34,487 nt of DNA from Cyanobacteriota bacterium (GTDB lineage Bacteria; Cyanobacteriota; Cyanobacteriia; Cyanobacteriales; Nostocaceae), in contig JBJOKS010000041.1 in NCBI GenBank assembly GCA_046045965.1, positions 1 through 34,487 on the forward strand. Reading direction: 5' to 3'. The first letter of the stretch is position 1, and every line of letters starts with the position of its first letter. Both the position numbers and the translations under genes were made by a program. Of this stretch, positions 28,008 through 34,487 are shown piece after piece. Below the pieces are notes generated by a model. The model made no database searches. It was not told the origin of the DNA and saw only the letters and a list, made by a program, of their open reading frames with translations.

Positions 28008-28119
28008 ATCGCGCTAGAGGAAGATAGATCATGTTTTTACACAACCCATAAAGCCATCCAGCAGACTAAAATTCTTTTCCAGACAAGATACTGATGATGG
28101 GTTAAAAATCTAGCGCGAT
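28008..28119 (-). promoter_or_regulatory. Long imperfect hairpin in the probable sigF leader
   Basis: Nested complementary arms ATCGCGCTAGA/TCTAGCGCGAT, TTTTTA/TAAAAA, ACCCAT/ATGGGT, CATC/GATG. Confidence 0.5.
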
Positions 28120-28446
28120 TTTTAGCGGAATTAGTTTTTTGGTTATGGAATTAAATTTGGTATGTTGTAGTTTATCAAACAACTACCATAGAAACAAAAT
28201 ATACAATTATGTCCCCAATGTCAAACGGAGATCGTACCTAATTTAACAAAAGTAATATGAGGTTTACTTATAAGTATCCCGGAAGTACATCTAAGATTTT
28301 TCTGAATTTGTCAAACTTATTAGCTAGTAATACTACGTATTTAATACCCTTAAATTCATGTCATCTTTAAAAAAACTGATTTAACTACTGTTTATTTACT
28401 GAGAAATCACAGGAAATTAGGAATGAGTCAAGAGTTTTCCAGCCCC

Positions 28447-28490
28447 AAAAAAACCCAACTGTCCCTGAAAACAAACAGGGCAATTGGGTT
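28447..28490 (-). terminator. Intrinsic terminator of psbO
   Basis: aacccaattgccctg...cagggacagttgggtt running into a T tract, about 20 nt after the psbO stop. Confidence 0.8.
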
Positions 28491-28512
28491 AAGTTTTATT
28501 AATCAAAAGAAT

Positions 28513-29346
28513 TTAGCCGCGATTTGATTCAACGCGACCGTAGAATAAACCACGAATTTTGACTTCTTTGGGTTCACCAGCACCTAAATCTGTATCAGAG
28601 GGCTGTTCACTCTCGAAAGTTCCAGCGATTTCGCCAGTAGCGTTGTCTACTTTAGCTACTTGTAAAGAAATCTTGCCATTGAGGATTTCTGCTCGCTTTA
28701 CATTGGTGCGTGTTAACTCATCATCATCAGCTTGGGCAGGTAAAGCCACAGCATTATCATAGCCACTGACTACACCACGACCTTTGGGATCTAGGAAAGC
28801 AGCACCACGATAGGAAGGAACCTTAAAAGTACCTTCAAAGTCAGTGGAGGTGTTAATGCTGGTCAAATTAGGCTGTGTTTGTGCAACCAAGTTTTTGATA
28901 GTAAACAGGAAAGGTACAAGTTCACCACCGGGTAGTTTGACAGTGATAGCTTGGAAGTCAAGACCATCTTTTTCGACAAAGGTCAAACTATTATCTGGGT
29001 TGATTTTTAGGTCGCCTTGTACTTGGTCAATGGTGGAAGTATACCTAGTCACCAATTTACCATCTATAAATTCAGCTTTTTGGCGTTTGTTAGCAGGTTC
29101 TTCTTTGACAAAATAATTGGTAGGTTCTAAGCAAAGTTCCTTGATAGAGTAGGATTTGCTCCCGTCCAGAGCAATGGAACCACGGCTTGTTTCTGCCAAC
29201 TGAGGGCATTTATTAGCCAAGCCAGTGCCTCGAATTTGTTCGTAAGTGAGTAAGTCTCTGCTGCTAGATGAAGGAGCATCACTACAAGCAGTTATTAGCC
29301 CCAAGCATAATGCTAAGAATGCAACTATTAAAGCGCGATACCTCAT
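28513..29346 (-). CDS. psbO: Photosystem II manganese-stabilising protein
   Basis: LTYEQIRGTGLANKCP, DGLDFQAITVKLPGGE.VPFLFTIK, PSYRG..FLDPKGRG..SGYDNAVALP, QPSDTDLGA. Start MRYRAL at 29346. Confidence 0.98.
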   Translation of the reverse strand: MRYRALIVAFLALCLGLITACSDAPSSSSRDLLTYEQIRGTGLANKCPQLAETSRGSIALDGSKSYSIKELCLEPTNYFVKEEPANKRQKAEFIDGKLVTRYTSTIDQVQGDLKINPDNSLTFVEKDGLDFQAITVKLPGGELVPFLFTIKNLVAQTQPNLTSINTSTDFEGTFKVPSYRGAAFLDPKGRGVVSGYDNAVALPAQADDDELTRTNVKRAEILNGKISLQVAKVDNATGEIAGTFESEQPSDTDLGAGEPKEVKIRGLFYGRVESNRG

Positions 29347-29833
29347 GGTCAACCTCAATGTCATTAATATCTAAGTTGTAAAACGGCTCTACTAAACGTA
29401 TTTAAACGCATTCCGTTTTGAGTTTTAGGTTTAGCCGCTTTGCTCTTACACAATGTAAAAACGGCGTTACCCAAATCATTATGTATTATGTATGTTGCCA
29501 GTACATACAGCATCTGGTTTGATTGGGAAATCAGCCAGAATATAGAGCCAAAAAGCATCAAGAAGTCTCTAATGCTCTTTTTTAGCCAGCTATAAACCTG
29601 ACAGGGCGCACTAAAACACCCTTGATCCCTAACATAAAATCAGTTGGGATGACTTTACATACAATATTCAAATTACCATTCACATTGGCATCAATCAATT
29701 GACAATTAGCTGCTCTTCCTGAGTAGTTATTTGTTTTGATCTTTGTGATTTCGCTCTTTCCCCTGCCTAACCTCCCTTTTTTCGGGTGTTTCGGGTATTG
29801 TATTACTTTTATAGAACAGCAGCAGAAAATTAC

Positions 29834-30187
29834 ATGAACAATGACCAAAATTTGCCACCGGGGAATTTGTCTGCTAAATTGCAAGCGATCGCCACTGCGG
29901 TACAAGATGCAGCCCAAACTTGTCAAGGAGATGTTACCGCCTTGTTAGCGTTGCTAAGACAGTTAGAAAAGTTACATAAAGAGATTCGTGATGGAGTTTT
30001 TCAAGATAGTTTGCCTGACAACCGCCAAAGACTCTACGCACTGCTCAAAGATATTGAGTCTGAAGGAGGTTGGCCTTATATTGAACGTATGAGATTACAA
30101 GCATTTTTAGTAAATTTACCAATAGTGATTGATGAGGAAAAACCTGTCAGCAACAACACTAATGACTGCCTCGATACTGAAACCTGA
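29834..30187 (+). CDS. Conserved cyanobacterial hypothetical protein upstream of ftsQ
   Basis: LL.LLRQLE.LH.EIRDG.FQDSLPDNRQ.LY.LLKDIE.EGGWPYIERM.L motif. ATG at 29834 preferred. Confidence 0.8.
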   Translation: MNNDQNLPPGNLSAKLQAIATAVQDAAQTCQGDVTALLALLRQLEKLHKEIRDGVFQDSLPDNRQRLYALLKDIESEGGWPYIERMRLQAFLVNLPIVIDEEKPVSNNTNDCLDTET

Positions 30188-30277
30188 TCAGAATGGTAAG
30201 CTAAACAGTTGATCCATCACCCATCACCAATCACTGTAAATCTCACGAAATAGGACCAAAACCAAAAAGGGGTTTTT

Positions 30278-31192
30278 ATGGCCGGTATAGTATCAGTTTC
30301 CCGTAAAGATTTAGCCCAACGCCGTCAAAAATTACGTCGGCAGCAGCAAATGAGAATTATCCAGACTATGTGGCGAACAATAGCCGCTAGTGGTCTGGCA
30401 GGTGGATTACTATGGGTAACACTCCAACCAATGTGGGTGCTAAAGACCCCTGCACAAATAGTCATGACATCAAGCAACCAATTACTATCCGAGCAAACCA
30501 TTCAGTCGCTTTTGGTGCTGTCCTATCCCCAATCTTTGTGGCGAGTTGAACCTTCTGTAATTGCCGAAACTTTAGAACAACAACCAGCTATTGCACAAGC
30601 AACTGTGCGCCGTCGTTTGTTTCCGCCTGGGTTAATGATCGCAATTCAGGAAAGATTACCAGTAGCCATGACTAACACTATAACAAGTCAAAGCACAACC
30701 AGCTGCAATAATCAGCCTCAATCCTCAGAAAAATCTGCTCAACCAACACCTCCATGTGTGCCAAATATTGCAGACCAAGGCAAACAGGGTGATGTAAATT
30801 TACTAGATGCTAGTGGAGCATTAATTCCTCTGGCAAAATACACTGCACTTAACCCCTCTGGTAAATTGCCTAGTCTCAAAGTTATTGGTTCACCAGAACA
30901 ATATCGCCCCTACTGGACTCAACTTTATCAAGCTATCAGTCAGAGTGCTGTGAAAGTGCTGGAAATTGATTGTCAAGATCCCACAAATTTGATTTTGAAG
31001 ACAGAATTAGGAAATGTACATTTTGGTGTTCCTACTGCCCAATTACCTGAAAAAATCCAGGTACTTACGCAAATGCGGCATTTACCAGCAAAATTTAAGG
31101 ACAGACAACTAGCCTACATTGATATTAAAAATCCTGATTCTCCTTTAGTACAAGTGAACCAAAAGCAGAAGATTAACTCCCCAAATCCTTAA
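30278..31192 (+). CDS. ftsQ: Cell division protein FtsQ
   Basis: Basic N-terminus, single TM, POTRA-like region (V.RRLFPPGL.I.IQERLPVA), YIDIKNP. Upstream of ftsZ. Confidence 0.92.
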   Translation: MAGIVSVSRKDLAQRRQKLRRQQQMRIIQTMWRTIAASGLAGGLLWVTLQPMWVLKTPAQIVMTSSNQLLSEQTIQSLLVLSYPQSLWRVEPSVIAETLEQQPAIAQATVRRRLFPPGLMIAIQERLPVAMTNTITSQSTTSCNNQPQSSEKSAQPTPPCVPNIADQGKQGDVNLLDASGALIPLAKYTALNPSGKLPSLKVIGSPEQYRPYWTQLYQAISQSAVKVLEIDCQDPTNLILKTELGNVHFGVPTAQLPEKIQVLTQMRHLPAKFKDRQLAYIDIKNPDSPLVQVNQKQKINSPNP

Positions 31193-31751
31193 CAAGCTGT
31201 AGCCTATTTTCTTAGAAAAATATTGGTTAATATTCAAGCTCAGAGATGTATCATCAAAAATAAGAGAAAATGCTGCTTCCAGTATTTTTTGTCTGATGTG
31301 CATAGCAAAATTATACAATTTTTACTGAAAAATGTAGTGTTTATCGCAAAAATGCACAAATAAAACTGTAAAATTGATTACTAAGGAAAAGTTTTAGCAA
31401 CACAACAATAGTGGGAGGGTAATTAGCATAATCACAGCGTTGTACTGAGACACATTAGCAACCTAGTATTGAAAATCTTAATGTCTAGATCAAGTTATAT
31501 AAACCGATTTCCAGACAATGTAGGTATACTTTCTAGAATTAGTTATGCGATTCCCTACGGAAAGGATACCGTTGGCATAGGTTTCCAACTTATACCATAG
31601 CTAATGATCGCACTTCAAATCGGCTGTGATTTAGAAGTAGTGATAACAATAGAAAACAGTGCCATAGATGGTGACAGTCTCCAACTAAACTATAGTTGAC
31701 TCTTAGGTGCATAACACCAAAAACAGTCGTTTATCTACCTTCATAAATCCC

Positions 31752-33038
31752 ATGACACTTGATAATAACCAAGAGCTTGCCTATAAAAATTCCCAATCTG
31801 TGGGACAACCAGGGTTATCTTTGGCGGTTAACTCCAATAATCCCTTCGGTAGTTCTGGGCTAAACTTTGGACAAAGTAACGACAGTAAAAAGCTCACGGA
31901 AAATAGCCGCATTGGTGAAATTGTCCCCGGAAGAGTTGCCAATATTAAAGTAATTGGTGTCGGTGGTGGCGGTGGTAATGCTGTTAACCGCATGATTGAG
32001 TCTGATGTCTCTGGGGTGGAATTTTGGTCAATTAACACCGATGCTCAAGCTTTAACCTTAGCCGGCGCTCCTAGTCGCTTGCAAATCGGTCAAAAACTGA
32101 CCAGAGGTTTAGGTGCAGGGGGTAATCCCGCCATTGGTCAAAAAGCAGCAGAGGAGTCTCGTGATGAAATTGCTACGGCTTTAGAAGGTGCAGACCTGGT
32201 ATTTATTACCGCCGGCATGGGTGGGGGAACGGGTACGGGTGCAGCGCCAATTGTGGCAGAAGTAGCGAAAGAAATGGGCGCTTTGACTGTAGGTGTAGTT
32301 ACTCGTCCGTTTGTGTTTGAGGGACGGCGACGCACTAGCCAAGCAGAGCAGGGTATTGAAGGCTTAAAAAGTCGGGTTGATACATTGATTATTATCCCCA
32401 ACAATAAGCTGTTGGAGGTGATTCCTGAGCAAACACCTGTACAAGAAGCTTTTCGCTATGCTGATGATGTGTTGCGTCAAGGTGTACAGGGCATTTCTGA
32501 TATTATTACGATTCCTGGGTTGGTTAATGTTGACTTTGCCGATGTGCGTGCAGTTATGGCAGATGCGGGATCGGCATTGATGGGTATTGGTGTGAGTTCT
32601 GGTAAATCTAGAGCTAGAGAAGCTGCGATCGCTGCTATTTCTTCACCATTATTAGAATGTTCTATTGAAGGTGCTAGAGGTGTCGTCTTTAACATTACTG
32701 GTGGTAGCGATCTGACTCTACATGAAGTGAATGCTGCGGCAGAAACAATCTATGAAGTGGTTGATCCCAACGCCAATATTATTTTCGGTGCTGTCATTGA
32801 TGACAGACTGCAAGGAGAAGTCAGAATTACTGTTATTGCGACTGGGTTTACAGGAGAAATCCAAACCGCACCACAACAAACTGTGGCTAATGTTAGACCT
32901 GTAACTCCTACAAATACCAGGAAACCAACACCACAACCAACTGTTAATCAACCAAACCCAACTCCCGAACCCAAGGAAAAACCCTCTTTAGATATTCCTG
33001 ATTTTCTCCAACGACGACGCACACCACCCAAAAATTAA
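31752..33038 (+). CDS. ftsZ: Cell division protein FtsZ
   Basis: [34 protein letters not shown]-terminal LDIPDFL. Start MTLDNNQ at 31752. Confidence 0.99.
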   Translation: MTLDNNQELAYKNSQSVGQPGLSLAVNSNNPFGSSGLNFGQSNDSKKLTENSRIGEIVPGRVANIKVIGVGGGGGNAVNRMIESDVSGVEFWSINTDAQALTLAGAPSRLQIGQKLTRGLGAGGNPAIGQKAAEESRDEIATALEGADLVFITAGMGGGTGTGAAPIVAEVAKEMGALTVGVVTRPFVFEGRRRTSQAEQGIEGLKSRVDTLIIIPNNKLLEVIPEQTPVQEAFRYADDVLRQGVQGISDIITIPGLVNVDFADVRAVMADAGSALMGIGVSSGKSRAREAAIAAISSPLLECSIEGARGVVFNITGGSDLTLHEVNAAAETIYEVVDPNANIIFGAVIDDRLQGEVRITVIATGFTGEIQTAPQQTVANVRPVTPTNTRKPTPQPTVNQPNPTPEPKEKPSLDIPDFLQRRRTPPKN

Positions 33039-33214
33039 GTGATTGTAGATTTGAGATTTTAGATTAAATTTCCAGTCTCAATTCTGGCTTAGTGCTATAC
33101 AATTTCTTAGTTTTAGGTTTATTTTATCAAATTAGGGGTTAGCTATTTGGTTGCCAACCCCATATTTTGTTTGTGTTTTTTGTATTTAGGGTTTGCTGAT
33201 AATTGTCCACATAA

Positions 33215-33365
33215 GAGGTTGTTTGAAAACTTTTTCGTGTGGGATTTGACACCCGCAGATCCCCCTAAATCCCCCTTAAAAAGGGGGACTTTGAGGAATT
33301 TAGCCCCCCTTTGTAAGGGGGGTTGGGGGGATCTCCATGAATTCTGATACTTTTCAAACATCCTC
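33215..33365. mobile_element. MITE with GAGG(T/A)TGTTTGAAAA termini, 3-bp TSD TAA (IS5/IS1031-like ends) and palindromic G/C-run cargo
   Basis: taa|gaggttgtttgaaaa...ttttcaaacatcctc|taa, with internal gatccccctaaatcccccttaaaaagggggac...ggggggatc. Confidence 0.88.
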
Positions 33366-33382
33366 TAAGAGTGAAACTAATA

Positions 33383-33799
33383 TCACTGCAAATACCGTTT
33401 TTCCCAATCTTCAAGTTGTAGATTTTCAACTCTTTGAAATTCTCTAGTATTATGAGTTGCTAAAATAAGATTATTAGCTAATGCAATAGCAGCAATTTGA
33501 AAATCATAAGCACCAATAGGAGTACCTAGTTTTGATAATTGAGAACGAATTTCACCATAAATTTTAGCTGCTTTTCCATCAAAAGGTAAGCTGATATACT
33601 GAGAGAAAAAGAACTCATATAAAGCTAAATTTTGTTCTTTTTTAAGACTACGACAAGCTCCATAGTATAATTCTGCTTTAACAACATCACACAAACAAAT
33701 ATTTTCACGATAAGTAGTTTTAAATTTATTAATTACATTTTCACTACGTCCTGTTAAATATTGAATGCAGGTATTAGTATCCAATAAGTAAATCATCAT
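33383..33799 (-). CDS. vapC: VapC PIN-domain toxin
   Basis: YLLDTN, V.AELYYG, G.PIG.YD.QIAAIAL, L.THN.REF.RV..L..EDW. Confidence 0.93.
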   Translation of the reverse strand: MMIYLLDTNTCIQYLTGRSENVINKFKTTYRENICLCDVVKAELYYGACRSLKKEQNLALYEFFFSQYISLPFDGKAAKIYGEIRSQLSKLGTPIGAYDFQIAAIALANNLILATHNTREFQRVENLQLEDWEKRYLQ

Positions 33800-34041
33800 T
33801 CAATATCCCAAATTCTTTGATCACAATCAATTAAATTTTCTCTAACCAAAACTTCACCTTCCCATTTTCCAGCAGTTTTATCAAAAAAATCAGCAGGATA
33901 TCCTAATTCTTCTGGTGTTGGTATTTTTTCTTCAGAAGTATCACTAATAATAATCACTAATTCTTGATTAGCTAATTGTTGGGGAAGTTGTAAAAATAAT
34001 TTACCTTCTGCATCAACTTTTGATTTAAGTTTTATTTGCAT
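33796..34041 (-). CDS. Cognate antitoxin (VapB-like, AbrB-like N-terminus)
   Basis: 81-aa acidic ORF with an ATGA overlap with vapC. AAGGAG SD and TATAAT upstream. Confidence 0.8.
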   Translation of the reverse strand: MQIKLKSKVDAEGKLFLQLPQQLANQELVIIISDTSEEKIPTPEELGYPADFFDKTAGKWEGEVLVRENLIDCDQRIWDIE

Positions 34042-34121
34042 ATAATTAACTCCTTAATATCTTTTATTATTATACTACTAATTTTTTGAAGATTACTTTA
34101 TTGAACAGTATCAAGAGGTAG

Positions 34122-34232
34122 CTAGTACCGCTTCGCGAAAGTCAAAAGTCAAAAGTCAAAAGTCAAAACAAATACAGAGTAGGTTTTTCAGAGATTGGGA
34201 ATGGTTGGTGTATTTACGCCGTGCTGTACTAG
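34122..34232. mobile_element. CTAG-bounded MITE with (AAGTCAA)n cargo, uninterrupted copy
   Basis: ctagtaccgcttcgcgaaag...tttacgccgtgctgtactag, homologous to 19762-20007. Confidence 0.85.
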
Positions 34233-34487
34233 TAAAATGTCCAGGATTTAAGGATTTACAGGATTTTTATGATAGCATTTCCTATTTTTGGTTATCAGCC
34301 GGGTTATTAGCATCCTTAACCAACAATCTGGAGAATAAGCAATTGTTAATTAAGTATAAGCCAGGGTAAGCTCATCTAATTTGGTATAGTATGAACTTGA
34401 CAAAATGACTAAGATAAGCATAAGCCAAGGGATAAGAAATATACTTGACAACAGAGCAAAAGAAATGGGATGAAAGCAATGCAATCG

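Noticed and set aside
33143..33361. Overlapping 66-72 aa ORFs here and similar ones at 1880-2093
   Set aside because: Their mutual similarity (PLKRG, KVPLFKG) is just translation of the same palindromic repeat.
34270..34487. Possible gene start or promoter at the right edge
   Set aside because: Too little sequence to support a call.

Overview
AT-rich chromosomal window from a filamentous, probably heterocyst-forming cyanobacterium (Nostocales). The evidence is roughly 25 HIP1 GCGATCGC octamers counted by eye, heptamer STRR tandem repeats, psaI, psbO and the sigF-psbO / ftsQ-ftsZ neighbourhood. Mostly housekeeping genes: a pstB-like ABC ATPase (cut by the window edge), TPR protein, murQ, DUF3110, tamB-like, sugar ABC permease, pip, CreD-like protein, uvsE, Hsp70-family protein, L,D-transpeptidase, eda, psaI (missed by the ORF track), sigF, psbO, ftsQ, ftsZ and a vapBC pair. 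Intergenic space holds about ten MITE-like elements of seven terminal types, most with clear target-site duplications. One is nested in another, and all carry palindromic or short-repeat cargo. The most interesting signals are: (1) a 1.4-kb ORF-poor spacer with several candidate small RNAs, two sharing a 10-nt motif; (2) a PilP-like lipoprotein downstream of sigF; (3) a long hairpin upstream of sigF; (4) a tandem-repeat/TPR gene broken by an exact 7-bp duplication; (5) a decayed chaperone-usher pilus locus. No CRISPR array, tRNA, rRNA or transposase gene was seen. All family assignments come from motif recognition by eye, not database searches.
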